Part shown: positions 32,726 to 43,320 of the stretch, piece after piece | Numbering within the stretch: the stretch's first letter is position 1 | How the letters are laid out: each line of letters opens with the position of its first letter | Source: Gemmatimonadota bacterium | Lineage (GTDB): Bacteria; Gemmatimonadota; Gemmatimonadetes; Palauibacterales; Palauibacteraceae | DNA length: 64,000 bases | Direction of reading: 5' to 3' | Assembly: GCA_963666735.1 (NCBI GenBank) | Contig: OY762926.1 | Location: 544,001-608,000 of the forward strand | Translations under genes and position numbers: made by a program | Notes under the pieces: generated by a model | Databases searched by the model: none | What the model saw: only the letters and a program-made list of their open reading frames with translations | What the model was told of the DNA's origin: nothing

Positions 32726-32738
32726 CTGATGAGGTGCA

Positions 32739-33251
32739 GTGAACGGAGATCCCAGAGTCAACGACAAGATCCGGATCAGCCCGATCCGGCTCATCGACGA
32801 GGAGGGCAACCAGCTCGGCATCGTCGCGACGGACGAAGCTCGCGCCCTCGCGACCGAACGCGGGCTCGACCTCGTGGAGGTGGCGCCGGGCGCGCGACCG
32901 CCCGTCTGCAGGCTCATGGATTTCGGAAAGTACAAGTACGCGCAGGCGAGGAAGGCGCGGGAGGCGAAGAAGAAACAGCACATCATTCACGTCAAGGAAG
33001 TGAAGCTGCGGCCGAAGATCGAGGCGCACGACATCGACTTCAAGATGCGGCACGCGCGCAGGTTCCTGAACGATGGCGACAAGGTGAAGTTCACGCTCAT
33101 GTTCCGGGGACGAGAGGTCACGCACCCGGAGCGGGGAAGGCGGATCCTTGAGATGGTGAAGGAAGAGTTGGAGGACCTCGCGGTGGTGGAGTCGGACATC
33201 TCCCATGAGGGTCGCACGATGACCATGCTGATGGGACCGCACCGCACGTAG
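32739..33251 (+). CDS. infC: translation initiation factor IF-3
   Basis: [40 protein letters not shown]. Confidence 0.98.
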   Translation: MNGDPRVNDKIRISPIRLIDEEGNQLGIVATDEARALATERGLDLVEVAPGARPPVCRLMDFGKYKYAQARKAREAKKKQHIIHVKEVKLRPKIEAHDIDFKMRHARRFLNDGDKVKFTLMFRGREVTHPERGRRILEMVKEELEDLAVVESDISHEGRTMTMLMGPHRT

Positions 33252-33317
33252 CAGACTCCAGAACGACGACTCCGTCACGGACGGCCGCGGACGGAGCTGA
33301 ACCGGAGCATACGCAAG

Positions 33318-33512
33318 ATGCCGAAAATGAAGACGAACCGGTCCGCCGCGAAGCGGTTTCGAAAGACCGGAAGCGGAAAATACCGGCGCCGACGTGCCTA
33401 CCACAGCCACATCCTGACGAAGAAGAGCCCCAAGCGTAAGCGTCGGCTCCGTCAGGGGACCCTTGTGGCGAAGGCGGACGAGAAGCGGGTGAAACGACTC
33501 CTGGGCGAATAG
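33318..33512 (+). CDS. rpmI: 50S ribosomal protein L35
   Basis: [20 protein letters not shown]. Confidence 0.98.
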   Translation: MPKMKTNRSAAKRFRKTGSGKYRRRRAYHSHILTKKSPKRKRRLRQGTLVAKADEKRVKRLLGE

Positions 33513-33574
33513 CCGCCCACTCCCCCACAGTACCCCCGGACAAGTCCCGGTATCAGGAATCAGGAGGTGCGGTC

Positions 33575-33931
33575 ATGCCGCGCGCGACGAGCAGCGTTGC
33601 ACGTAACCGTCGAAAGAAGAAGGTCCTCAAGGAAGCCCGCGGCCAATTCGGAGCCCGGTCGAAGCTCTATCGTACGGCGAAGAACTCCGTCGAGCGCGGC
33701 TGGGCCTATGCATACGTCGATCGGCGCAAGAAGAAGCGCGATTTTCGCCGACTGTGGATCGCCCGCATCAACGCTGCGGCGCGACAGAACGGAATGTCCT
33801 ATTCCCGCTTCGTCAGCGGGCTGAAGGGCGCCGGCGTCGACCTGAACCGCAAGGTGCTCGCGGACCTCGCCATTCGGGATCCGGCCGCCTTTACCAAGCT
33901 TGTCGAGGTGGCCAAAGCGCACGGCCCATGA
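33575..33931 (+). CDS. rplT: 50S ribosomal protein L20
   Basis: [26 protein letters not shown]. Confidence 0.98.
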   Translation: MPRATSSVARNRRKKKVLKEARGQFGARSKLYRTAKNSVERGWAYAYVDRRKKKRDFRRLWIARINAAARQNGMSYSRFVSGLKGAGVDLNRKVLADLAIRDPAAFTKLVEVAKAHGP

Positions 33932-34962
33932 CCCCGGCCGGAGCTTCTCTCCTCGATCGGCTCGCCGCGATCGAGGGGAAGGGGCTCGTCGCGATCCGGG
34001 AGGCGGCGGACTCCGCCGCGCTCGAGTGCGCCCGCGTCGAATACCTGGGCCGGAACGGCCAATTGGCCGATGTCATGTCCCTGATCGGCACCGTCGAGGC
34101 CCCGGCCCGACGCGACGTCGGACAGCGCGCCAACGCCGTGAAGACGGTGCTGCGCGGAGCCCTTGAAGAGCGCGCGAAGGCGCTGGAGAGCGCGACCCGC
34201 GGGCCGCGCGCCCGCATCGATCTGACCCTTCCCGCCCGCGCGCGCTGGGTCGGCGGCGTGCATCCCGTTACACGGGTCATCGACGAGATCTGCGAGATCT
34301 TCGCGGAACTCGGCTTCACGAGCGTGCTCGGCCCCGAGATCGAGTCCACGTGGTACAATTTCACCGCGCTCAACATCCCGCTCGATCACCCCGCCGCGGA
34401 TATGATGGACACGTTCTACCTGGAAAGGGATGTCGTGTTGCGGACGCACACGTCGCCGGTCCAGGCGCGCGTGATGGAGGCCTTCCGGCCGCCCGTCCGC
34501 GTCGTCGTGCCGGGGCTCGCGTACCGGCGTGATTCCTTCGATCCCTCGCACGCTCCCGCCTTCGAGCAGATCGAGGGCCTTGCGGTCGACGAAGGCGTGG
34601 ATTTCGTTGAATTCCGGGCCGCGATCGAACACTTCGTGCACCATTTCTTCGGTCCGGGGACGAAGAGCCGGTTTCGGCCGTCCTTCTATCCCTTCACCGA
34701 GCCTTCGGCGGAGGTGGACGTGTCGTGCACGGTGTGCGGCGGGGGCGGATGTTCCACCTGCAAGCGCACGGGATGGATCACGATCATGGGAAGCGGAATG
34801 GTGGATCCCGCCGTCTTCGAGGCCGTGGGGTACGACCCCGAGCGCTATACGGGCTATGCATTCGGGATGGGCCCGGCTCGCATCGCGATGGTGCGGCACG
34901 GCATCCCCGACATGCGGCTCCTCTACGAGGGGGAGATGAGCTTTCTGCAGCAGTTCGCATGA
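33928..34962 (+). CDS. pheS: phenylalanine--tRNA ligase alpha subunit
   Basis: [45 protein letters not shown] overlap with rplT. Confidence 0.98.
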   Translation: MTPAGASLLDRLAAIEGKGLVAIREAADSAALECARVEYLGRNGQLADVMSLIGTVEAPARRDVGQRANAVKTVLRGALEERAKALESATRGPRARIDLTLPARARWVGGVHPVTRVIDEICEIFAELGFTSVLGPEIESTWYNFTALNIPLDHPAADMMDTFYLERDVVLRTHTSPVQARVMEAFRPPVRVVVPGLAYRRDSFDPSHAPAFEQIEGLAVDEGVDFVEFRAAIEHFVHHFFGPGTKSRFRPSFYPFTEPSAEVDVSCTVCGGGGCSTCKRTGWITIMGSGMVDPAVFEAVGYDPERYTGYAFGMGPARIAMVRHGIPDMRLLYEGEMSFLQQFA

Positions 34963-37472
34963 ACATCTCGTTCAACTGGATCGACGAACTCGCCGGACTG
35001 CGCGGGGCGTTGCGCGACCCGCGGGTTCTGGCCGAGCGCCTGACCATGACCGCCGCCGCGGTGGAGAAGATCGAAACGGTGGGCGCGGGGCTGGACGGGA
35101 TCGTCGTGTCGCGCGTGCTCGAGACTCGTCCGCACCCGAACGCGGACCGCCTTACCCTGTGCAGGGTGGACCGGGGCACCGGCGAGGCGCTCGACGTCGT
35201 GTGCGGGGCTCCAGTCATTGCCACCGGGGGGTTCTATCCGCATGTGGCGCCGGGGGGCAAACTCCCCGCCGGCTTCCGCATCGAGAGCCGGAAGATTCGC
35301 GGCGAGCCGAGTCACGGCATGCTGTGCTCGGAGGCCGAACTCGAGCTGGGCCGCGACAAGGGGGGCATCATGCGCCTCGCCGACGGACTCGAGCCGGGAA
35401 CGCCGCTCGCGGCGGCGCTGGGCCTGCCCGACACGCGTCTCACGCTGGACCTGAACCCGAACCGGGTCGATCTCGCCTGCCATGTGGGGGTCGCGCGGGA
35501 AGTGGGGGGGGCTCCGGCGCCGCGCGACTTCGGAGGGCCGGGATGGTCGCCCGAGTGGCTCGACGGCGAGTCCGAAGCGGGCGGAGCCGGGGTCACCGTC
35601 CGCATCGAGGACCTCCACCGATGTCCGCGCTACATGGCCGCCGTCATCCGGGGGGTCAGGGTCGGACCGTCGCCGGCGTGGCTCGCGGGGCGGCTTCTCG
35701 CGGTGGGCGCACGTCCGATCAGCAACGTCGTCGACGCGACGAACTACGTCCTCCAGGAATACAACCAGCCTCTCCACGCCTTCGATCTCGCGCGGCTGTC
35801 CGGAGCGGAGATCCGCGTGCGCGCGGCCGTGGAGGGCGAACGGCTGACGACGCTCGATGGCCAGGAGCACAAGCTCACGCCGCACCAGACGGTGATCGCG
35901 GACCGCGATCGCGCGATCGCCTTCGCGGGTGTCATGGGAGGACTCGACACGGAGGTGGTCGGGGACACGGTCGATGTGCTCATCGAGTGCGCGTCGTTCA
36001 ACCCGGCCGGCGTGCGGCGGACCCGGGCCGGTGCGGGGCTCTCCACCGATGCGTCCTACCGCTTCGAGCGCGGGATCGATGTCCACGCCCAGGAGCGGGC
36101 GCTCGCGCGGTGCGTGGAACTCATCCTCGCCACAGCCGGCGGCGAGGCGGACCTCATCGGCCTCCGCGCGGGTCCGGCGCCGGCCCCGATGCCGTCGATA
36201 GACGTCCGCACAGGTCGCGTGGATCAGGTGCTCGGCTTCGGGCTCGACCGGTCGGAGGTCCTCGCGGCGCTCGAGCCGATCGGCTTCACGGCCCTTCCCG
36301 GCGTGAACGGTGGCGATACGGGTGACGATGGCCTACACGGGGCAACCGGCCAGCTGCGCGTCTGCGTGCCCGGATGGCGCACCGACGTCACCAGGGAGAT
36401 CGATCTCGTCGAGGAGGTCGCGCGCCGCGTCGGGTACGACGCCGGGGCAGGCCAGGACCGCAGGTTCCGGCCCAGCGCGGTGCCCGCGGATCCACGGGTC
36501 GAAAAGGCGGCCAGAGTGCGGAAGATGCTCACCGGACGCGGACTCCTCGAAGCTCGCAGCCTGAGCTTCATGCCGGAGGATTACCGGGGGAATCGCGCCG
36601 TCGTTTCGGTGCCGAACCCGCTCTCGGCGGAGGAAAGTTGCCTTCGCTCCGCCATGGTCCCCGTGCTGCTTCGGCGACTGGAACACAATTATGCGCGCGG
36701 CAACCGCAACGTCCGCCTGTTCGAACTCGGCACCGTGTTCGGGTACGCGGCCGGGCCGAGTCCGGGAGAGGCACCCGACGGGAAGGCGGACGGAACCGGC
36801 GGTTTCGAGGAGTCCGGACGAGTGGGGGCCGTCATCGCCGGGACCCGGCGTCCGGATCACTGGTCGGGGCCGGCGCTCGACTTCGACCTGTGGGATCTCA
36901 AGGAGATCGCCGGGTCGTTCGCGGATCATCTTTGCGGGGCGACGCTGGAGCCGCTCGAGGGCGCCGCGGCTGCGGATTCGCCGGAGAGCGGAGCGTCTCT
37001 CGCGGGGCCATGGCTCGCCCCCGGCGGGTTCCGCGCCGTGAAGGACGGTCGCGTGGTCGGCGTTGCGGGCGCCGTGGACGAGGCGTCTCTCGACGGTCCT
37101 CCGTGGGCCGCTCCCGCGTTCGGGCTCGAGTTCGACCTCGCCGCCGTCGAGGGGCGGACCGCGCCCGCCTATCGGAAGACGTCGCCGTTCCCGGCCGTGC
37201 GCCGGGATCTCTCGATGACGGTGCCGCGAGGCGTCCCCGCCGCGGACATCGAACGGGCGGTGCGGGAAGCGACGTCCGATCTCCTGCGCGACGTACGCCT
37301 CTTCGACGTTTACTCGGGCGATGAAATCGAAGGCGGCCGCCTCGGACTGGCATGGACGTTTCGCTTCCGCGCTCCCGACCGTACGCTGACGGATCGGGAC
37401 GTCGAGTCGGAGATGTCCGCGCTCTCTTCCGCCCTGGAGAAACGGTTCGGTGCCAGAATCCGGAAGTCCTGA
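34959..37472 (+). CDS. pheT: phenylalanine--tRNA ligase beta subunit
   Basis: HPNADRL, VVCGAP, SHGMLCS, QPLHAFD, SYRFERG, REIDLVEEVAR, FPAVRRDLS. Confidence 0.97.
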   Translation: MNISFNWIDELAGLRGALRDPRVLAERLTMTAAAVEKIETVGAGLDGIVVSRVLETRPHPNADRLTLCRVDRGTGEALDVVCGAPVIATGGFYPHVAPGGKLPAGFRIESRKIRGEPSHGMLCSEAELELGRDKGGIMRLADGLEPGTPLAAALGLPDTRLTLDLNPNRVDLACHVGVAREVGGAPAPRDFGGPGWSPEWLDGESEAGGAGVTVRIEDLHRCPRYMAAVIRGVRVGPSPAWLAGRLLAVGARPISNVVDATNYVLQEYNQPLHAFDLARLSGAEIRVRAAVEGERLTTLDGQEHKLTPHQTVIADRDRAIAFAGVMGGLDTEVVGDTVDVLIECASFNPAGVRRTRAGAGLSTDASYRFERGIDVHAQERALARCVELILATAGGEADLIGLRAGPAPAPMPSIDVRTGRVDQVLGFGLDRSEVLAALEPIGFTALPGVNGGDTGDDGLHGATGQLRVCVPGWRTDVTREIDLVEEVARRVGYDAGAGQDRRFRPSAVPADPRVEKAARVRKMLTGRGLLEARSLSFMPEDYRGNRAVVSVPNPLSAEESCLRSAMVPVLLRRLEHNYARGNRNVRLFELGTVFGYAAGPSPGEAPDGKADGTGGFEESGRVGAVIAGTRRPDHWSGPALDFDLWDLKEIAGSFADHLCGATLEPLEGAAAADSPESGASLAGPWLAPGGFRAVKDGRVVGVAGAVDEASLDGPPWAAPAFGLEFDLAAVEGRTAPAYRKTSPFPAVRRDLSMTVPRGVPAADIERAVREATSDLLRDVRLFDVYSGDEIEGGRLGLAWTFRFRAPDRTLTDRDVESEMSALSSALEKRFGARIRKS

Positions 37473-37710
37473 CCGGCAACGGGCGGTCGAACGACTGCTC
37501 GACCGCCTCTCCCGGGCGGCAAGCAGGATCGAGACCCGTTGGGAGAAACCCAGGGTCGCGGGCCGGAGCGGACCGGCGACTCCCGACATCGAGGAGCGGC
37601 TCGAGGCGGTGACGGCCGAGAACCGCCGCCTGCGCGAAACGCTGGCCGAGGCCAGGAAGAAGGCCGTGCGATTGCGAAGCCGACTCGCTCATGTGGAGGA
37701 TGAGGTATGA
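37450..37710 (+). CDS. small coiled-coil protein (ZapB-like position)
   Basis: Heptad-like ERLEAVTAENRRLRETLAEAR; lies between pheT and zapA with overlapping ends. Confidence 0.65.
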   Translation: MPESGSPDRQRAVERLLDRLSRAASRIETRWEKPRVAGRSGPATPDIEERLEAVTAENRRLRETLAEARKKAVRLRSRLAHVEDEV

Positions 37711-38012
37711 CTTCAACGGATGATTCGCCTCCGGTCGGCGTGACGATCTTCGGCGATCGATACCGGATCCGGACCGACCGGGGCGACGCGTACACGCGAG
37801 CTTGCGCGAAGTACGTGGACGACGCGGTTCAGCGTGCGCACATGACGGGCGTGGCCGAGCCCCATCGCGCCGCGATCCTCGCCGCGCTCGAGATCACCGA
37901 CGAACTCCTTCAGGCCCGCCGCGAGGTCGAGCAGCTCACGGCCGCCGTCGAGGCGCGAGTCACGGAAGTGACCGAACGGCTCGAGTCCATCGGGGGCAAC
38001 ACCGCGCGATAA
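37707..38012 (+). CDS. zapA: cell division protein ZapA
   Basis: VTIFGDRYRI, AKYVD, AILAALEITDEL plus coiled coil; conserved pheT-zapA-rny context. Confidence 0.9.
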   Translation: MTSTDDSPPVGVTIFGDRYRIRTDRGDAYTRACAKYVDDAVQRAHMTGVAEPHRAAILAALEITDELLQARREVEQLTAAVEARVTEVTERLESIGGNTAR

Positions 38013-38017
38013 GGTCT

Positions 38018-38203
38018 CGCCGTCCGCTTGCGGCGTTCAGAATCCCGAGCAACGTTTCCGGGCGCAGGTTGGAGGGATGCAGGATGGAGGGATCAGGAGC
38101 AATCGGTGTTGTGCTGTCCGTAAGGTGGCTTCGCACGAGCGCGGCCCCAGCTTCAGATAGATGATCGAACGGCGCGCATCGTTCCGTTCGATCTGAGCGG
38201 CAT
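38018..38203 (+). ncRNA. ssrS: 6S RNA (SsrS), ends approximate
   Basis: Canonical zapA-6S-rny position, about 185 nt. Nested pairings ccgctt(38024)/gagcgg(38195), gcggcgttc(38030)/gaacggcgc(38167) and aggttgg(38066)/ccagctt(38147) give a long hairpin with internal bubbles. Followed by a terminator. Confidence 0.72.
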
Positions 38204-38205
38204 GC

Positions 38206-38233
38206 ACCGGTGGACGAGTCCGCCGGTTTTTTT
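38206..38233 (+). terminator. intrinsic terminator
   Basis: ACCGGTGGA-CGAG-TCCGCCGGT followed by a T-run. Confidence 0.85.
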
Positions 38234-38266
38234 GTTCATAGATGGTTCGAGGATCGGAGTCTGGCC

Positions 38267-39838
38267 GTGCTGGAATCCATCACCGTGCCGACGATGCTGT
38301 TGGCGATCGCGGGTCTCGTGGCGGGGGGCCTTGCGGGGATTCTGATCGAGCGACGCGGTCTGCGCCGGGCGCGCAGCCGCCTCGAGATCGACGGACGGGA
38401 CATCGTCGAGTCCGCCCGGCTCGAGGCGGGCAGCCTCCGCAAGGCGGCGGAACTGGCGGGGCGCGAAGAGGCACAGCGTCTCCGGGAGGAATCGGCCAGA
38501 GAGGCGGAGCGCCGGCGCGCCGAGTTGGAGCGGCTGGAGCAGCGCACTCTCGAGCGGAGCGAGACGCTCGAGCAGAAGCTCGAAAAGATCGACCAGCGGC
38601 AGGAGCGGGTGGATCGTCGCCGCGAGCAGATCGAGGCGGAGCGCGGCCAACTCGACACGCGGGCGAAGGAACTCGTCGACCGCGAGCGGAAACTCGGAAA
38701 GCGCCTCGAGGAAATCGCGGGCATCAGCCGGGAAGCCGCGCGCCGCGAGCTGATCGGCCAGATTCGCGACCAGGCGCGGGCGGACGCCGCCCAGCACCTG
38801 CGGGAGGTGACCGAGCGTGCCCGAAACGAGGCCGAACGGGAAGCCCGCAAGATCATCTCCCAGGCGATCGAGAAGCTCTCCGTAGATCATTCCTCCGAAG
38901 CGGCCGTCTCGGTCGTCACCCTCCCCAGCGATGACATGAAGGGCCGAATCATCGGTCGCGAAGGCCGGAACATCCGATCCTTCGAGGCGGCCACCGGCGT
39001 CGACGTGGTCGTGGATGATACGCCCGAGGCCGTGATTCTCTCCTGCTTCGATCCCGTCCGGCGCGAAGTCGCCCGGCTGGCCATGGATCGCCTCGTCGGC
39101 GATGGCCGGATACACCCGGGCCGCATCGAGGAGGTCGTGGAGAAGGCACGGGAAGATGTTCAGGCCACGATGCGCCAGGCCGCCGACGAGGTTCTGTACG
39201 AACTCGGCATCCACGACCTGCACCCGAAACTCCGCGAAGTCCTCGGTGTCCTCCGCTTCCGGACCAGCTACGGGCAGAATCAGCTGCAGCACGCGCACGA
39301 AGTCGCGCTCATCGGAGCGACGATGGCGGCGGAGTTGTCGCTCGATACGCAGTTGGTGAAGCGGATGGGTCTGCTGCACGACATCGGCAAGGGACTCACG
39401 CACGAGAAAGAGGGGAGCCACGTCGAGATCGGTTACGATCTGTGCAAGAAATGTGGAGAGAAGGACGGCGTGCTGAACGCGATCCGCGCGCACCATGGCG
39501 AAGAACCCGCCCGTTATCCGGAAACCTTCCTCGTGACCGCGGCGGACGCGATCTCGGGCGCCCGTCCCGGGGCGCGGCGGGAGTCGTTTGAGCACTACGT
39601 GAAGCGACTGGAGAAATTGGAAGAGATCGCGAGTTCCTGGGATGGGGTCGAGAAGGTCTACGCCATCCAGGCAGGGCGGGAGATCCGGATCATGGTGACG
39701 CCCGACAAGATCTCGGACGAAGAGATGGCGCGGCTGTCGGAACGGACGGCCCGCCGCATCGAGAACGAGTTGCAGTATCCGGGCCAGATCAAGGTCGTCG
39801 TCGTGCGCGAGTCCCGAACCGTGGACTTCGCACGCTAA
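38267..39838 (+). CDS. rny: ribonuclease Y
   Basis: N-terminal TM plus coiled coil, KH domain MKGRIIGREGRNIR, HD motif LLHDIGK, AADAISGARPGARRE. Confidence 0.97.
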   Translation: MLESITVPTMLLAIAGLVAGGLAGILIERRGLRRARSRLEIDGRDIVESARLEAGSLRKAAELAGREEAQRLREESAREAERRRAELERLEQRTLERSETLEQKLEKIDQRQERVDRRREQIEAERGQLDTRAKELVDRERKLGKRLEEIAGISREAARRELIGQIRDQARADAAQHLREVTERARNEAEREARKIISQAIEKLSVDHSSEAAVSVVTLPSDDMKGRIIGREGRNIRSFEAATGVDVVVDDTPEAVILSCFDPVRREVARLAMDRLVGDGRIHPGRIEEVVEKAREDVQATMRQAADEVLYELGIHDLHPKLREVLGVLRFRTSYGQNQLQHAHEVALIGATMAAELSLDTQLVKRMGLLHDIGKGLTHEKEGSHVEIGYDLCKKCGEKDGVLNAIRAHHGEEPARYPETFLVTAADAISGARPGARRESFEHYVKRLEKLEEIASSWDGVEKVYAIQAGREIRIMVTPDKISDEEMARLSERTARRIENELQYPGQIKVVVVRESRTVDFAR

Positions 39839-39878
39839 CGACCACGCGTACCACCATGCGTACAACGGAGAGAAACGG

Positions 39879-40796
39879 ATGACGGCACAGCTCATCGATG
39901 GGAAGCGGATCGCGGCCGAGATCCGGGCCGAAGTGGCGGAACGGACGCGGCGCCTTGCGGAGCGGGGGATCCGGCCCGGCCTCGGCGTCGTCCTCGTCGG
40001 CGATGATCCCGCCTCGCACGTTTACGTGCGGATGAAGACGCGGGCCTGTGACGAGGCCGGAATCCATGCCCGCGACATCACGCCGCCCGCCGACATCGGC
40101 CGCGAGGAACTCCTCGGCATCGTCGATGAGCTGAACGCCGATCCGGCCATCCACGGGATTCTCGTACAGCTCCCCCTGCCTCGACACCTCGATGAGCGCG
40201 AGGTGACGGAGAGGATCGATCCGGCCAAGGATGTCGACGGATTCCATCCCGTGAACCAGGGCCGCATGTCCCAGGGGGACGCGAACGCGTTCCGGCCCGC
40301 CACGCCCGCCGGCGTGCAGGAACTCATCCGGAGGACGGGCGTCGAGACCTCCGGCGCGCACGTCGTCATCGTCGGCCGCTCGAACATCGTCGGCATGCCG
40401 ATGTCGCAGATCATGCTCCAGAAGGAACCCGGGGCGAACGCCACCGTGACCGTGGCCCACAGCCGGACGGCGGACCTCGGCGCCGTGACGCGCCAGGGCG
40501 AGATCCTCATCGTCGCCGTCGGCGTCCCCGGCATCGTCCGCGGCGACATGGTGCGGGAGGGGGCCGTGGTGATCGACGTGGGAGTGAACCGGGTCGAGGA
40601 TCCGACGACCGAGCGCGGCTACCGGCTCGTGGGCGATGTGGCGTTCGACGAGGCGGCGGAGCACGCAAGCTGGATCACTCCGGTTCCCGGCGGCGTGGGG
40701 CCCATGACGATCGCCATGCTGCTCCGGAACACGGTGACTTCGGCGGAGCGGACCGCAAGCCTCGTGGCGGCGGGGGCGGTGGCGGCGCCGGGTTGA
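39879..40796 (+). CDS. folD: bifunctional methylenetetrahydrofolate dehydrogenase/cyclohydrolase
   Basis: YVRMK, ILVQLPLP, KDVDGFHP, GRSNIVG, TPVPGGVGPMT. Confidence 0.98.
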   Translation: MTAQLIDGKRIAAEIRAEVAERTRRLAERGIRPGLGVVLVGDDPASHVYVRMKTRACDEAGIHARDITPPADIGREELLGIVDELNADPAIHGILVQLPLPRHLDEREVTERIDPAKDVDGFHPVNQGRMSQGDANAFRPATPAGVQELIRRTGVETSGAHVVIVGRSNIVGMPMSQIMLQKEPGANATVTVAHSRTADLGAVTRQGEILIVAVGVPGIVRGDMVREGAVVIDVGVNRVEDPTTERGYRLVGDVAFDEAAEHASWITPVPGGVGPMTIAMLLRNTVTSAERTASLVAAGAVAAPG

Positions 40797-42133
40797 ACGT
40801 GACGCGTCAGGCCTCGCTGTTCGGCGCCGCGGAGGTCCGCGATGGCCGCTCCCCGGAGGGCGCGATCACCGTGTCCGACCTGAACGCAGCGGCGCGCGGC
40901 ACGCTGGAGAAGCGGTTCGGCGACCTGTGGGTCCGCGGCGAAGTGACGAACTGGATCCGTTCCTCCGCCGGGCACCGCTATTTTTCGCTTCGGGACCAGG
41001 AGCGGGACGCCAGCGTCGCGTGTGTGTTCTTCCGGGGAGATGCATGGCGCCTGCCGGCGGATCCGGAGGACGGCATGGAAGTCTTCGTCCATGGCCGTCC
41101 GACCCTCTACGCCCGGCAGGGACGGTTCCAGTTGCGCGTGCGCGCCATTGAAGCGGCGGGCGAGGGGCTGTGGAGGATCGCCTTCGAGCGGCTCCGCCGG
41201 GAGCTGGCGGCGGAGGGCATGCTGGACCCGGAGCGCAAGCGCGCGTTGCCCGCGTTCCCGCGCCGCGTGGGCGTCGTCACATCGCGCAAGGGCGCGGCCC
41301 TTCAAGACATCATCACGGTGCTCAAGCGGCGGGCCCCCTGGGTCGAGATCGTGGTTAGCCACTGCCGCGTGCAGGGCGAAGGCGCGGCCGGCGAAGTGCG
41401 GGCGGCCCTTCAGCGCCTCGCGGATTGGGGCGCGGGCAGTCCGGACCGGAAACTCGACGCGATCATCCTCAGCCGGGGCGGCGGGTCGATGGAGGATCTG
41501 TGGTGCTTCAACGAGGAGATGGCGGTTCGAGCGGTGACGTCGAGCCCGGTCCCCGTGATCTGCGCCATCGGGCATGAAGTCGACGTGACGCTGTGCGAGT
41601 TGGTGGCCGACGTTCGGGCGCCGACGCCGTCCGCGGCGGCGGAACTCGCCGTGCCGGATGTCCGCAGCGTCCGCGCCTCGCTCGACACGGCGGGAAGAGG
41701 TCTGGCTCGCGGGTTGCGCCGGCTCATCACGCGCGGGAGCGATCGCGTGGAAGCGGTGGCGCAACGCCTGCCCGTCTCCGCGGGACACGCGCGCGATGTC
41801 GCGAAGCTGCGCCTCGCCACCATGGCGGCCCGCCTCCCGGCGGGAATGGAGCGCGTTCTTGCCCGCTCGCGTACACGGCTCGCCGGACTGGCCGCCGCGC
41901 TCGACGCGCTGAGCCCGCTCGAGACGGTGGCTCGCGGCTACGCCGTCGCGACCGACCTCGAAGGACGCCGGCTCACGCGGATCGACGACTTCACGCCGAG
42001 ACAGCGCTTCCGCCTGCGGGTCGGGGGAGGGCAGGTCGCGGCGACGGCGGACGCCGTGGAACGTGACGCGGTGGAACCCGCCGCCGTGCAGCCGGATGCA
42101 GGGCAACCGGACGCAGTGGAGCCGGGCCCGTGA
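40793..42133 (+). CDS. xseA: exodeoxyribonuclease VII large subunit
   Basis: GHRYFSLRD, VQGEGAA, RGGGSMEDLWCFNEE, AIGHEVD, RAPTPSAAAE. Start approximate. Confidence 0.96.
   Translation: MNVTRQASLFGAAEVRDGRSPEGAITVSDLNAAARGTLEKRFGDLWVRGEVTNWIRSSAGHRYFSLRDQERDASVACVFFRGDAWRLPADPEDGMEVFVHGRPTLYARQGRFQLRVRAIEAAGEGLWRIAFERLRRELAAEGMLDPERKRALPAFPRRVGVVTSRKGAALQDIITVLKRRAPWVEIVVSHCRVQGEGAAGEVRAALQRLADWGAGSPDRKLDAIILSRGGGSMEDLWCFNEEMAVRAVTSSPVPVICAIGHEVDVTLCELVADVRAPTPSAAAELAVPDVRSVRASLDTAGRGLARGLRRLITRGSDRVEAVAQRLPVSAGHARDVAKLRLATMAARLPAGMERVLARSRTRLAGLAAALDALSPLETVARGYAVATDLEGRRLTRIDDFTPRQRFRLRVGGGQVAATADAVERDAVEPAAVQPDAGQPDAVEPGP
42050..42124 (+). repeat. 5 x 15-nt coding repeat at the xseA 3' end
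   Basis: Encodes DAVER-DAVEP-AAVQP-DAGQP-DAVEP. Confidence 0.75.
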
Positions 42134-42411
42134 GCGAGCCTTCGACGGAGTTCGAATTCGAGGAGGCGATGCGGGAGCTGGAACGGATCGTCGCACGCCT
42201 TGACCGGGAGGGCGTCGGCCTGGACGAGGCGGTCGCGCTCTTCGAGCAGGGGATCGAGCGTCTCGGCAAGGCTCGGCACTGGCTCGAGACGGCGAGCGGC
42301 CGGGTCGAGGCACTCATCGCGTCGTCCACGGGAAAGCTGGAAGCGACGCCGTTGGAAGGGGTGGAAAACCCGGGCGGCAAGCCGGAGGACCAGTCGGACG
42401 GCGAACCTTGA
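42130..42411 (+). CDS. xseB: exodeoxyribonuclease VII small subunit
   Basis: FEEAMRELERIVARL, LDEAVALFEQG. Confidence 0.95.
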   Translation: MSEPSTEFEFEEAMRELERIVARLDREGVGLDEAVALFEQGIERLGKARHWLETASGRVEALIASSTGKLEATPLEGVENPGGKPEDQSDGEP

Positions 42412-43313
42412 CCCCGACGCTTGATGAGCTGCGCGCCGCCATCGACGCGGAGCTGGAGGGCTGGCTGTCCGAGACGTTGCAGGGGACGGACCCGATCGCG
42501 GAACCCATTCGGTACGCCGTCCTCGCAAAGGGGAAGAGGATCCGGCCCCTCCTGTTCGCCGGGGCCTGGGAAGCCGCGGGCGGCGTCAGGGGGCCGATCC
42601 CGGGGAACGGCGCCTCCGCGCTCCATCGCATGGCGCTGGGGCCCGAACTCGTCCACACGTATTCCCTGGTCCACGACGATCTCCCGTGCATGGATGACGA
42701 CGACCTTCGCCGGGGGCGGCCGACGGTGCATGTCCGGTATGGGGAGCGCGCCGCGGTCATGACGGGAGCGGCGCTGCTTCCGCTCGCGATCCGTGCCGTA
42801 GCGGAAGGGGCTGCGGGTCTGGGGCTGCCGGACCCTGTTGCGGGCCGACTCATCGGGATTCTCACCGCGGCGGCCGGCAGCGACGGAATGGTCGGAGGCC
42901 AACTCCTCGACCTCCTCGCCGAGAAGAAGCGCGTGAGCTTCGAAGCGCTCGCGCGGATCCATCTCGGCAAGACGGCTCGCCTCATCGCGGCCTGCTGCAC
43001 CATGGGCGGCGTCGCGGCCCGCGCGCCCGAGGAGACCGTCGATCGACTGACCCGCTTCGGGATCGCGATCGGGCTCGCATTCCAGACGGTGGACGATATC
43101 CTCGACGTGACGGGCTCCTCGAGCCGCATGGGGAAGATCGGCGGACGGGATGAAGCCCTGGGAAAGGCGACGACGCCATCGATCCTCGGCCTGGAAGGAG
43201 CGAGAGTACGCGCGGAACAGTTCGGCCGCGAGGCGCTCGGCGAGATCGCACCGCTCGCCGACCCGGACCGGCTGCGGAAAATCGTACGCATCGTCCTCGA
43301 CCGCGACCGTTGA
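42408..43313 (+). CDS. ispA: farnesyl/geranyl diphosphate synthase
   Basis: GKRIRP, HTYSLVHDDLPCMDDDDLRRGRPT, GMVGGQ, KT, FQTVDDILD. Confidence 0.92.
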   Translation: MTPTLDELRAAIDAELEGWLSETLQGTDPIAEPIRYAVLAKGKRIRPLLFAGAWEAAGGVRGPIPGNGASALHRMALGPELVHTYSLVHDDLPCMDDDDLRRGRPTVHVRYGERAAVMTGAALLPLAIRAVAEGAAGLGLPDPVAGRLIGILTAAAGSDGMVGGQLLDLLAEKKRVSFEALARIHLGKTARLIAACCTMGGVAARAPEETVDRLTRFGIAIGLAFQTVDDILDVTGSSSRMGKIGGRDEALGKATTPSILGLEGARVRAEQFGREALGEIAPLADPDRLRKIVRIVLDRDR

Positions 43314-43320
43314 GCGGCCG

